64,000 nucleotides of DNA from Amoebophrya sp. A120 (taxonomy: Eukaryota > Protista > Dinoflagellata): positions 5,981,985 to 6,045,984 of the forward strand of contig CAJINV010000003.1 of the NCBI GenBank assembly GCA_905178155.1. The letters are read 5' to 3'. The first letter of the stretch is position 1. Every line of letters begins with the position of its first letter. Both the position numbers and the translations under genes were made by a program. Below are positions 46,640 through 60,200 of this stretch, piece by piece. Below the pieces are notes generated by a model. It saw only the letters and a program-made list of their open reading frames with translations. It was not told where the DNA came from and ran no database searches.

Positions 46640-49600
46640 TTACAATTCGGGAAGAAACCGCACTTGTCCTAGAAGCGATGAAGGCCAAGCTGCACTAGTC
46701 GAAGGAGAACCACCACCGAACATACTTCCTCCGGTTTTACTTTGCACCTTTGCACTACAAGCGGGAACAAACTTTTGCTCAAACAAACTTATCAACTTGT
46801 CGAACATTTCCTGTGTTGTCAGCGCCTCTACTGGTACCGCAGGAGCTCCTTTCATCTTGCCAGTGCCGTCACTGCTCGCGGGTCCGCCTGGTGCATGGCC
46901 CGGCTTGCTGTCTACTCCAGCGGTACTTTTCTTAAAAAGCCGGGTCGTGGTTGTCCCCAGGATGCCCAACAGGGGGTTGATGTCCATACATAAATCCGCG
47001 GCTTTTTGCAAGATCCGCTTTCCCTCAATGAAGCTCATCTCCGGCGACATCGAGCAGTATTCTTGCGACGGTGGAACAACTGCTGGTATGGGAGTGTCAG
47101 GCTCGAAATTCACAAGGTTGAATTTGAAGTAAGTAATTTGTAACCACGCATAAAATGCGACGTCGCAAGGTGTGACTCTATTGCAGAGGACGCCAGGGAG
47201 GCAAATCATAGCCCTGCTACGGGCCAAGTATAGTATTAGGCTGCTGACAAGCATGACAGAAGGGGGCTCCCGCTCCTGTGCCCTAAACAGCATGACAGAT
47301 TTGCTTCTGGCACAGGGAAAATTTGTCAGACGCCGACTAGAAATTGTGGGTCCAACAACTGGCAACGATTTTTATGCAACATTAGCATGCACTTGCACTG
47401 ATCAATTCTTTGAACTTTGTCGATATCGAACCTGACGCTTCCATAGCTGGATCCTGTTTTTTAGGTCGGCGTATCTCGTTTCTCCGAGCTGAAAACGGAC
47501 TACTACTAGTACTCTCTACTTGTGGTGGTCGTGGTCGTCCAACCAGACACAGATTGCGCAACTCCCTCGCGGCACGCTCGACAGCTTCGTCGTCAAACTG
47601 ATGCGGCGGATGAGTTTTTTGAGCACTTCTAGTGGGAGAAGTTTTGCTTCTAGTCTCGGGGCGGCCCGTGGTCCTCACATCAACATGATGATCAATCTGG
47701 CACGCTTCCTGGAACTTCTTGTCAGCTTCATTCATGTCGGCATCCGGTTCCATTTGCTCGTGCTTTGATAGTACTTTGTTGTCCTTGTTGTTGTTCGACG
47801 GCTGCCGCTCTCGTCCTTCAACATGATCGTGCTGTTCTTGCAGTTGTAGTGCTTGCTCGACTTTACCTCCTACACGACCAGGATCTCTTTTTATTTCCCA
47901 GCCTGCAGGGAGGAAGGTCGGCACTCTGGATTTTTGGGCCGGAGATGATGTCATGGTCGCTGCGCTGCCAGGATGAAAAGAAGTTCTTGTAGTGCTAGAG
48001 CTACTACTAGCACTGCTACGAGTTGTGAGACCATTCATCTGCTCTGTCATCGCTGTCGCCCCCGTAAAGACTTTAAAAAGCACGTCCACGAGCAACCCAA
48101 AACAGAGGTGCAAACTGTCTCTGGTGAACTCCAGCCCCTTGAGACCCAGCTCCTCCTGGAGCCTAAAAAGCGTCATCCTGTCGGTGTCCAGCGCTTGGGA
48201 GAAGCCCTTCATTTGTTCTTCGTTCTTCCTGTGTCGTGGTGCACCAGGAGCTCCTCGTCCCCCCCCCTCTAGAGGACTAGTGTCAACATCTTGTTCATCT
48301 TCCCCATGTGCGCCACGACTTGCGCCACCAAGAGGATCGGAATTCGGTTGATGTCCCCGTCTGTTCGGAATAAAAACAGAGCCGCCTCCGCCCATTTGGG
48401 GGTCCTCTTGGTCTTGGGCTCGACGTTGCTCTACCTGGTGCTCCGGGTGAGGATCTTTGTGCAGTGGTTCTTGATGTTGCCGTTGTAGAAGTTCCTCTAT
48501 GCATTTCACAAATATTATCCCTGGACGTCTCGAAATTTGTCTTGCTCGTCGTACCTGCGTTGCAGAGTGCTGTGCCAGCTTGTACGGCATAAAAGCATGA
48601 GAAGTTCTTGTCCTCGGCATTTCTACTTGATCTCGGCGAGCGCGAGTTCGTTCGTATTTAGCTGCATGACAAACTACCATAAGATCATACAGCATGACAA
48701 AAAACCTCTCTACTCCTCGCCGCACTCCTATTCATGCATCACAGATCTTGTTGCTGTTCAAATCTTGCAGCACAAATCCAGACCCAGGTCGATAATTTGC
48801 AATGCATATCCTCCTCGTGTTGTTCCTCCGCCCTCTCCCGGTCCCACCGAATGTCGAAGCCTAGCGCATGCAGCGCCACGTCCGATGTGTAGTCCAGGTC
48901 GAAGTCGAAGAGTAACCGGAGCAGCTCCCATTCAAAGTCCATGCGCCGCCTCGTCTGCGCTTGCTTCTCCCGCGCTAACGCCTGTTCCCGCTGCCGCTCT
49001 CTGGCGGCGCGTTGCTGGTGCTCACCGCGGGAACGAGCGACCATGCCGTGACGGCGGGAGTCGGCCGGGAGGAGCAGCTCGTCAACACCGTCGCACGTCC
49101 GATGAACGTTGATCAACACTTGCTTGTCTATTTTCCGTGCAGGAGGGTCCTCTGGATGAACCGGGACTTTGGTTAGCACCTCGATGCGCAACCACAGTGC
49201 GCTCTCCAAACTGGTGCTCATGTCGTGTTTGGTGCGACGCCCATTTATTTTGCTCTTTCCTGCAAGAAATATGTCCTTGCTCTCAGCGTACACCTCGTTC
49301 AGCAGACCATTCGGACCCGGCAACTGCCACAAGTGCTGTCTCAGCTGGTCCCTCCGCTGCACGAAATCCGACAGGATCCGAGCCCTTTCCGACCTGCGGT
49401 AGGCCAGCAGGGTCACCTTCAGACTGAGGAACGTCACGCTTACTCCGCCCCGCAGTTTTGGCAGGAGATAACGAATGTCTGCTTCCATTGACTCCATCAT
49501 CCTATAGCTTTCTACGCTCCAGCGCAGCTCCGGCTGCTGGAATCGCACCCAGACCGCTTTTCCAAGTCCGAAGATATCCTCCCAAAGCTGGTAATTCGAT

Positions 49601-52600
49601 AAACACTTCTGTTTCAGCGCGAGAACGGTCGCCACCATATTCGTGGCACCCGGCTTGATCGCCTCATCCTGTTCGGCAGAGGACCACCCGATTCGTTCCG
49701 TCGCTCTTCTGGCTTCTTGTAAAAGCGCTTGCATCTGTCTGAAAAGCCTGGCCCAGACGGCATCAGGCCCTCCTTGGTGTAGTTGCTGCTGCGGGCTCGG
49801 GCCAGGGCCAGACTCAGCGACACCGACACCTCTTGCTGCAGCATTAAGAACCTTGCGGTCCTCGTCGAAGATATCAATTGCTGCGGGGCGGAACAGCAAA
49901 AACTCTGTAGATAGCTCCTGGGTCGTCGACGTGAAGGGCAAATAATTCCCGATCCACCGGGCAGCAGACTCCCACGCGCTTCGCCGCGCCTCCCGCTCCC
50001 GTCGCTGCTCATCCAATGGCACTGAGAACTCTGGTGTTCTTGTTGCTCGTCGAGAACCCGCGGAAGGAGATTCTTTCTCGCGACCATTCGCTTGTTGCTC
50101 AACAACTTCGACCTTCCACTGTTCCCGCTGTAACAAGCTTAGGTGGTCGCGCTGGCCCGCCTCCGCAGCATTGCGCACCGAGACGGAGCGAACTGTGATC
50201 CTGAAACCGAAATAGAACGACTCAATACTGCGGTGAAACATCTCCGCGTCGTGTCGCAGACCTCGCCCGTGAGCAAAATCGTAACCGCCGACTACGGGTG
50301 CGTACGCCACCGAGACACGGTTCACCGCATAGTGTTTCAACAAGGCTGCTACCTCGACATACTCGGTGATCGCGTCTGGAGGAGCTGCCTCGAGCTCAGC
50401 GGTTCCGTCTTGTCGTTGTCGTCCCGCCAGGAGCGACGTAGAATCACTCCTGCAGGAGGGCTGCGACACTTCTCGACACTGCCGGGTGGCGGCGTAAACC
50501 GCGAGAAGCAATGGCAGCCGAAAGTCGACCATTACCTCCTCACTGTTCTGCAAGTGTCGCTCTTGCGCCAGATATCTCCGAAATAACTCCAGCTTTTCCT
50601 GGTACCTCTTCCGCCGGCGGAGTGAGGAGAAAGTGGAAGACCCAGAAGTAGACGGATCATGGTCATGGTCATGATATCCTGCCTGTGCTTGTCGCAAGAA
50701 CGTCCGCTCTTGGCTGAGCTGAAACTGTAACTTTTCTACGATATCGTAGTAATGCGGGGCGGTCAACCGGTCACGTGTGATGGCCGCGAGAACGTGCTCC
50801 AGATCGACTTCATTGCCTGTGTGGTTGTGTTGCAGCTCCTGCCGCATTTTGTTCCTCTCCCGCTCATTAACAAGAGGGGCAAGATCAGTAGTAGCAGCCG
50901 GTAATTCATTGATGTTGTTCACGATAAAACGGTTCAGCCGCGCTGTTTCCCCATCTGTCTCGAGTTTCAATGCGAGATAGTAAATCCACACGGGCAACAT
51001 GGCTTTGCGCTGCAGCTGCTGCTGAGTGGGTGTGTTCATGAGGCTTTGTTGCGATGGAGCACTGTCGAAGAAGGAGGACGACGTGGACGAGATCGGAGCT
51101 CCCCTTCTGCCCGGGCCCGCCGTCCCCATACGCGCACCAGAAGAAGCGCTGGCACTAGCGGCCACAGTCCGTAAACCGCCGGTTTTCATGTTCAACTTCA
51201 AGGTCCGCGAAATATCAGTGGCGCTTGGCTCTTCCTGATCCGGAAAAATCTCCAGAAACAGGTGACGAGAAGTCCCTGCACCAGCTCCAGTCGTGGTCCC
51301 GCCAATCTGTTGGGTACCATCCAGGTCGCTCGTGCTATCGCTGATCGAGGTTTGTTCCTCCTCCCCTGTGCTGGACGAGTCCCCGGTCGTCCCTTGCGCC
51401 CTTCGCGGAGGAAATTGTTGAGAAGCGAAATAAGAAGACCCGCGAGGTGGATCTGCAGGAGCTGCTGCTCCCGTTGGAATAATTCCCACCACCGGTGGCG
51501 TTCGTGTTCGTGTTCTTGCCTGCAGGTCTTGTTCCTGCATTGTACTAGTGCCAGTGTCAACGCCATGATGGAACGTGCGCGAGGAGGACCCGCCGCTACC
51601 GCCCGCGAACTGCTCTGGGATGCAGCTTCTAGTAGCTGCAGTACTATAATCTTCGCCTCGAGCTGGTGTGCGCCTGGTCCCGTGAAAGAGCTGTTTCTGC
51701 TCTTGCAGCCAGCTGCGCCGTTTTACGATGGATGGCTCACGGTTGTCGTCCGCAATGGCTAGCACGGCCGCGAGAATGCCCTTTTTGTACTTCAACACCT
51801 CGGACTTATTCTGTAGTGTTGCCCTCGTCAACGGGAGATCGTTGCCGCCTTCAACACGCAGCTCCACCTCCGTGCTCCGTAGCAGTTGGAGCAAAGCGGC
51901 GGGGTTCGATTGCATATTCGAGGGCACGAATTCGCCGCAAAGGCCGATTTTCAACTCGCGAACCACCCAGGCACTGGCTGGTGGATCTTCCTCCCCCTGC
52001 AGGACCGGCAGATCTTGAGGCTTCTCCACCCCTTTGGGCGATATTGCCTCCATGTACGTGTGGTAGTGCTTTTTATCTTTTTCTTTGCCCTGCTTTCTGT
52101 CTCGTCCCTCTTCATGATCCTTAAAAACTTTATCACTATGATGATCCCCGCCCTGCCGGTCCACTTCTGCGGCCCTTCTGTGATACAGAAACCGGGTATA
52201 GGTCATGTGCTCCACTTGCAACCCCTCCTCGTCGTCCGGCCCCTCTGCGTCCCACTTTTCCGCGGTCGTGCAGACTCCTGCCTCGGTGACTAGGCGTTGG
52301 AACTTGTTCGTTGCGGAGACCGTGTTTTGCGACTCGAGCTGCAAGTAATCGAGGCACGAAGACTGCTTCAAAAATGCCAGTACCATCTCCTCGGACCCGT
52401 TCTCGAATTCGAACACTTTGGTCGCTCGTCTGCTCTTCTTCTTGTTTAGTCGTCCTGCCGCTGCTGGGAGGTGGTCCTCGTGCGCAGCCAGAACCGCCGC
52501 GTCGTCAAACACCTCAACGAATGTTTTCAACAGATATTTGTCCTGGTCGGAGGGATTCACTTGCGGCTCCTTGTCCGGAGTCCTCAGAGGAGGGACAGAA

Positions 52601-54372
52601 ACTTCATCTATGGGCTCCTCCGCAGCCAGCTTTCTAGTGTCCGACGAAACGGCGGCTATACTCCCGCCAGCCAGATGAAAAGACGACGAGTCCGGCGTTG
52701 TTCCCGCCGAGGAGCGCGACCAAGTGGACGTCGCGGCCCTCTTCTGGGCGGATAACTTTTCCTGTAGCTCTCGAGCAGATTTTTGTTTTTCCCGAGCTTG
52801 TTTCCTGATCGACAGTGTGTCATGGTGGCGCCAAAGCTCGAGGAGCACGTCGCGTTCCCGCAACTCCGAGGCTCCTAGAAATTTCGCGTAGTCTACGGTA
52901 CCGCCGGTCTTGTACAGGCTCTTCGAAAGCTCCGTCATCAGTTTCACCCAGTCCGGCTCGCTGGACGTTTGAATTTGGTGCAGCGTCTTCAACTGAGTGA
53001 GACAAGTGTTGAAAGCGTGCTCCTTTCTCGTGAACAAAACGTCTCGGGACACTTGCGACAGCTGGAACGCGGTATCCAAATCCACGAGCCCGTTGCTGCT
53101 GAACTTGGTTTTCTTTCCCCGCCGTGTCGTCTTGCGGCTCCAATTCATTCGAGTAGGAGTTTTTCCGAACTGTGCTGAGCGTTGTTCTTCATCATGTCGC
53201 TCTTGTTCAGTCTCGTCGACGTCCACCAACTCGTCACATTCGTTATAGAAACCGTTTTTGGCGAAGTTCAGGTTCGTTGGCAGGAACCTTCCGATGATGG
53301 CATGCAATGCTGCATCCACCGTCCGCCGCTGGGCCGTCGGCTCCTCGGGAGCAGCGTTGCCCGTCAGGTGTTCGGCGAACGGCGCAAAAGAGGAAAGAGA
53401 CAAACTCGTCGTCCCGGAAGGGAACATATCATCTGTCGGGGATCTGGGCGGACCAGACCCTGACTCGTGGTCTCCTGCAACATCTACTTCATCTAGTTCT
53501 AGTACTGTGGTGGAGGATTTCCTGGTGGGATTATAAACTGCTCCTACAGAGGAAGCAAGCCGTTGCTCTTCTTGTTGTTGTAGTTTTTCCCGCATCTCTT
53601 CAAACCGAGCCTGTCTGTGCAGCCTGGAGCGTCGTATGAGATCAGAAAGCGTCGAATCCTGCCCCTCGACTTGTACATCACACATACTTGTATTTCCTTT
53701 CCCAGTAGCATTTATATTGAATGTGTTCCGGCCTTGATTATGATTCCATTTCCACCATCGTGTGGCAGCAGTGGTCTGGAGCGAGAAGCCCGCGGGAGGA
53801 ACAACAGACGTCGACCCGGGAGCAGATGCAGAAGTAGAAGTACAACTCGACGCTGCATGAAGACACGACCCGTTTTGATCAGGATCCCCTTTCTCACGCT
53901 GCTCTCGGTCTTGTCCCTCCCGAGAAGCTGTCGAAAAAGCAGGAGGCTGCCACATGGTCATCTCGCACACATGATCATCTTCTCGCACACAACTTGCAGT
54001 ACGATCATAGCCAGAAAAAGTAGACACCGCGCCGGTCACTTCCGACGATTTTTTCCCGCCAGGCTTTCTTCGTCCCAGGTCAGATGAATCAATGTCGTCT
54101 TCTTCGCTGGCACGCGGTCGATGAACCTCCTGCGGGACGTCGTCGACGCGGCTGCTTCTTCTACTACCCGGAAGTCTCAAATTGGCCGAGAAGGATGAGA
54201 CTCTGCTGTTGTGAGGATCAACTAATATGGGACGATTCAGGGCTCTTGACCGGTCGGGCGAGCCCCCGCGGGCTTCTACTGCCCCCCGGAGCCGGACACC
54301 GGAAACTAGTACAACCTGGATGTCCAGCAGGACCACGACGAGCACCCTGACCTTGAGAAAAAGCAACTGCAT
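46640..54372 (-). CDS. Giant orphan protein (~2400 aa) with probable signal peptide, at least 3 exons
   Basis: ORF 48739..54402 (MQLLFLKVRVLVVVLLDIQVVLVSG) joins ORF 47382..48725 in frame (EQHEE/ELLQRQ). It probably then joins ORF 46640..47365 through a TTCAA repeat (ISTKF/NLVNFEP). Confidence 0.75.
48498..48808. mobile_element. Introner (family A, diverged), 311 bp, perfect 5-bp DR TCCTC
   Basis: TATGCATTTCACAAAT ... CCAGACCCAGGTCGATAATTTGCAATGCATA. TCCTC at 48493-48497 and 48809-48813. Removing 316 nt matches the frame offset. Confidence 0.9.
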
Positions 54373-57246
54373 CTTCTGCAAGAATCGAACGAGGAAAAAC
54401 ACCCCTGCCTTCCTCGGCCTACTCTCAAATCTGGTGAGTAATTCTTTCGGGCGAGATCGTGGTCGTCGAGGAGAAAATGTAAATGATAAGTGCCTGCTTT
54501 ATGTTGATTTTCCCGAAGATAAATAACCTGGCTATAAGTGGAATAGTAATACCACTTTCTTCGTAATCAAACAAAAAAAGTGCGACAAAATCACAATATC
54601 CAAACAAAATTATATCCCAGTGTTCTTGGTGTTGATTCCTAGCAGGAGCTATGGCAGTGCAGCGGCTTTGGAATAAGTAGCTCTCTCCGATGCTAATACT
54701 TTGGAGGCGCGTGCTTCGGTATTTCTCTGTTTCTAGATTTCGGTAAGACAGAAGTAGAACGGATTTTGTCGTATAGAAGTAAGATGATGATGATGATGTG
54801 TATAATATAGAAGAGTGTAAAGTCCCAGAGTATTTGGATCAATCAGTTTGTATGTAATTATTTAGATATGATAGAGCATCATGTGACTGTGTACATTGCT
54901 GTGTAGATGAAGAGTGTGTATAGCAGTGATAGATAGAAGAGTTTGTACAATCTCGGCCTGCTTCGATAAGAAAGTCGAGAAGACCCACCTTTGTACAGGA
55001 AATAACTCCGGACCCGGAGCACCACCAGTCGCGGAAAGAAGAAATTTCGCAACGAGGACTCGTCGCCTGCTAAAGCGGTTTCCAATTCCACCAAGAAATA
55101 GAATGACGTGTGCGCTTCTCAAGGTGAGCGGTAAAAGCCTCCCACATACTGAAGTGTAAGTCTCAGAAGGTAAATGCTTCTGTAGTAGTGGAAAAACACC
55201 ACTCCTACACCCCCAGTGACGTTTCACCGCCCGTTTTAGCAGTGCCCGGCCACCAGGGGGGAGTTTGCCGTTGGCGTCGCCTCTTGCCACCAAGAAATAG
55301 AAAATATGGGCCACAGATAACGAAATGGATAACTTCTGTGCGGACGAGATGGATTATCGAATATTGCCTCCACCAAGTGTAAGTATACCACCTTGAATGC
55401 TAGTTTTTCCTCAGACAATATTATAACGCTAAATAGTAATAAATCGTGCCCGGTTAAGCAAAGGCTTCATAATCTTTCGCCCTGTCGAGTTCCGAACTTC
55501 ACCGGTTGCTTGACAGGCTGCGAGTGCGATATTGGTACTAATATGAATCAAGTATGTGCGCACCACCCTAGCCACCGCGAAGCTTGTTGCCGCGAATCCT
55601 TTATTTTGACTTGTTGTTATGCCAGGCTCAAATTGTAGCGGCGCCGAAGCCGACCCCGTCTTTCGCCCTCGAAAATTATCTTGCGGAATTCAAATTCTTG
55701 ATGATATACATAGGGCGATTATGATTCTTGCCAAAGGCGTTGGACACAACTATTTTCACTACATACGCGAAGACCAAACAGTAAAAGAAAACTACAGATA
55801 TTTTTCGTGAACATTGTTACTGCTCCTGTCGTACGTCGAGAAATCATTCTCCTACTTATATTCCAACCCGCTATCTTCGCTCAAAATTATAAACATGTAT
55901 ATGTAACTACATCATACGATCGTAAAAGTGAATTGTGAGTCCATCCATCTTCTTCAGTTTGAGCCTGAACCTGTTCGAAATGGTTTCTTGCTGAGTAATT
56001 TTGATTCTATTATAAACTCTGTCATGTTGCTGGGAGAAGAATACAGATATCGCCCGTATAAGACACGGCAATTGAAATTATCCTCTGTCCCGCGAAGAAA
56101 TAGTGTATTAATACAGTAGTGAAGCTGATCGCACCAGAAGTGGTCCTCCACCTACTTACGCTATACTAGATCTTTTTTGCTTCAGAGTTGCAATTCACCA
56201 TGATGAGACCAATTAAAAAATCTGTATCTGCTGACAAGTACTGGTAGGAGATCTCGTTTTCTTGCACGCTTGTGCAGCCGCTACTTCCACAGATGGAGAC
56301 GAGATCTTGTTCTGTGTCGATAGAACTGTGATGCTCAATGATCAGCGCTTTTAGCTGGAGCTGCTGTTGAATCAGCGAAGGAAAAGAGCGGATATTACTA
56401 TATGCTATTGAGTCTTCATGCTGTTCCATCTTATAATAAGTATTCAAGGGACCGACTTGATGTTCCACCGAAAGTAGACCAACATCAACGAAAAGGCGAC
56501 GAATCCTGACGAGTCACGATAATTGATCAGAACCACACCGATTACCGAAAATGCACAAACTGTGCGGTCGAAAATGATTGAAACGCTAGAGAGCGCACCT
56601 CTGCTGCCCGGGAAAAAGCGCGACCATCGTCGGGTCAGATTTTGGAACGCTATGGTAGGTGGGAGGCATTTCAATTATGTCCTATGCATTCGAAAGCGAA
56701 ACACACGAAGGTGCTGCTGATGAAGTAAATTCTACATCGCCAAGATGCTCCAGCCACACAGCAGCTCCATCCTGCACCACTACCAGACCTTTTCTTCCAC
56801 TCCCCTGTCTTCTCGGTCTCGATTATGGAGGAAAATTGGTATGGAGCATCTCACTTCCTACGTTTTTTATTCTCATTTAACCCCCACCTCTTTCTACTTT
56901 TCTCCCTGAGACAGATCGAACCATATTCATATAGCACAAAAGATAAAATTGAAATTGAATTTGTACATTTTTGTGGCGCGAATTGTATCTACATCGGTAC
57001 TTTTTACAGCCCATGCCCATCGATTTCATCCAATCAAACTTCTTAGCAGTGGTCGACATATAGAATTACTAGTAATTCTAATTGTCCATGGCTTAATTTT
57101 TCATTTTCGGGGTCGTTTATTTTTGGGTTATTTTTTTCTTCAAGGATAGGATTTTCGTTATGTTTTGGAAAAAGTTTATTATCTATGCTAGCACTTTGGA
57201 CTCTTTGCCAGTGTCGTGTCGTCCGGTACAACTTCTTAATTTACTT

Positions 57247-60200
57247 TTACAGGTTCATGAAAATGTCTGCCGCGTGCGCCGGGCGCGGGGTCTCGTTTGG
57301 CAGATCTTTTTTTCTCCGCTTGCGCAATTCCTCATCCGTTTCGATATCCCACTTAGCGTCGTCGAAGAGCTTTTCCAGGCAGCTGCGCTGCCGCTGGTCG
57401 TCGAAAAATTGCACGATCTGGTCGACGCGCAGCACCTCGTTCGAAGTCGAGGCATCCACGTACTCGTCCAGCGATATGGAGCCCTCGTGGTCTGCGTCGA
57501 GGCCCTGATAGACCAGTTTCGTTGTCACACAGAAAAACGAGTAGACGACCCACTGTCAGCACTTTTGATGATGATGATGATGATGTTGGCAGTGTGCCAT
57601 GCAAAAACAAGTTCAAGTCGTACTCGTGCCTAAAAACTGCCGGGAAGAAAAATAAAATGTTTTTTGTTGCGATTTAATATGCAAGACGAGACTACAAACA
57701 CAGCTTCATTGTGTCGCTAATTTTGCGCACTTTGATGCAGAAAGTACGACAGCACATCACCACCTTTTTTCTGTGTGATATCCGTCATTTTTTCCAGTTC
57801 CTCCTTCTGCAGGGGCTTGTTGGGGTCCGCGATCGGTTCCCCATGCTCGTCCTTTTCCTCGCAGAGATGGTGGAACGACTCCGTCATCTCTTTTGCGAGA
57901 GTGGCACGGTCCAAGTGCGTGTCCATCTTGTCGCTCTTCACGATAGCCTCGTAGGACTGATTTAATTATGTTGTAGTACATTACAGTGATAGTTCTTGTG
58001 TTTTTTTTAAACATTATAATCATATTATCTACTCCAGTCTTGTTTGTGTTCAGATGGGAGGTAATCAATGAAAGAATAGTTTTCAAAAAATAACAACCGA
58101 CCTACACAACCTCGCGCATTGAACAAACTGGCTATATACCTTTTTTGCGTTGATCAGCCTAGCGGCAAAGCCGTGCACTTGGTGTCGCAGGTTCAACCGC
58201 TGTGACTGGCAGGAGTAGTATACTCGCGACAACAGCCCGAGGCAGAAGAGCGCCAGGAGCATAACCGCCTTTCCTGGGAGTTCCAAAAGCACGATCGCAC
58301 TGGTCAAACTACCGAGGAAGATGGAAGTAGAAAAGTAGCCCAGCCGCCCGGTAAAGCGGAAGTTGAGCTTGACACCGTGCTGCTTCTTGGTCTTGAGGAT
58401 CCCGCTCCCCGTGCGGGACACAAACTCGTCGTGGACGCCGTCTTCCCTGGTAGTCCACGTCGGCTCGGAGTCGGCAAACATATCACAATAAATGTTCATG
58501 TCCTGTGTCTCAAAAACCGATACGTCCTTGCGCGCACAAGATATGGAAATCGCGAGGTTGATGCCCGTGGCGCGTAACTGTGTTTATCATTATCTAATAT
58601 TTTCCATGCAGCTGCATCTGAGGATATTAATCGCGAATGTATCAATCTACTGCACACGCGTACTACACGACATGCAAGAAGAAGAATCAATGTTTTTACG
58701 AAAATTCATTCTTGTCGATACAGTAGAATACAACTATAGATCTTTTTCATTTCCCATGATGGGTACGCACGTCTAGAATCGGTATATTATACCGCAGCAC
58801 TGCTTTGCAGCGTAGTGTCGGCGATGTACTTGTGGTTGCTATACATGCTGGGCAAGTCCAAATTTCCGACGCCCGCTGCCTCGAGGAAGGAGCTCACCGG
58901 GATCGACACTGCTTGTCCCGCTCCACTGCGAAAAGTATGTCCTGATCAGTTGTAAAAAAAAGTTACGCAGCGGGGCTGCTCAGTTGTAAAAGAGCGCGTT
59001 GCCGTTGCAGTAGATGTACTTGGCGATATCTATTCACGACGGGCTTCTTAACTTTCTTGTTGCCTTTTTTTCAGTGTCCTCAGGCTGTCGCTTGTTGCCT
59101 CTTTTCTTAGGACAAACATATATGAAAAACAAAAAAAAGCCGCCCTAAAAGACCAGGTTGACGACCCCCATGTAGAAGTGGTACCCCCGACAGTGGCGTC
59201 CTTCTGTCCCTTTCTGCGGAGCGATGTGATGACCTCGTGATCCAGCTCCTTAATGTCATAAGGGGTTTCGTTCATGTCGATGGTGTAGGGTTTGTACACC
59301 TGCGTATTGCTGCTGCCACGCTCCTTCAGCTTTCCCGCGTCGTCCATGGATGCCTCAAAGCGAAACTGGAGGTCCACGTACGTTTCCTCCGGCTTGGAGA
59401 CAAAATACTCGTGGACATTTTCGCAGACGCACTCGGTGCTGCCGCTTGCCTCTGCGTGTGTGCCCGCCGAACTGAAGGTATCCCCGGCGGCGGTACACGT
59501 GCCTTGGAGCGACGAGCACGGGACGCCACCGCTGTTGAACGTCTGTCAGTTTCGATAATGTAGTGATAAAGAAAGCTGCACTAGCTGTTTCATTTGTTCT
59601 TCGCGTTTAGCTCCTTCAGAATCCGATTGATGAAAGAAGAAGAACGCAGTCTACTGGGTTTGCGTTTGGTCATTGCTGACTATAGTTGTGCTGCCTATCA
59701 CAATCCCAATCTACTATCTCCTCATCGATCATACAGCGAAAATAGATCATGCAAGAACTACGTTTCCTTCCGTCACTAGTAGTAACAATGAATCCACCTG
59801 CTGCTTTTCCACCACGTAGGTGGGCACGAAGAGGGAAGTTGCGTCGGAATAGGCTCTGCGGGCATTTGGCAAGTCCAGGCACTCGGTTGGCTTCACCGCC
59901 ATGGCCCCCGTGGCGTCGGCAGCATAGTCGTAGCTAGCGATGTTGGCGCAGTAGGGTAGCGATGTGTCCAGGCGAGCGCCTTGGGTCTGTCCAAACCGCC
60001 CTGCTAGGTAGTAAACATCTCCACTGGGCTCAGCGTAATAGATCCACTGTTTCTGGACCAAAATTTGCCTGAGAAAGTAAGGTTCGTGATACGAATGAAT
60101 TTTTCACGAGTTCTTGTCGTACTACTTCGAAGCCGTCACGCCTATCTTCACACAAGAGACAAGACGCGTGTGGAAGCGGAGACTAAGGCAGAAGAAATCC

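Noticed and set aside
54862-56880. Short ORFs between the giant gene and the P2X-like gene
   Set aside because: Fragmentary, with no motif and no consistent splice model.
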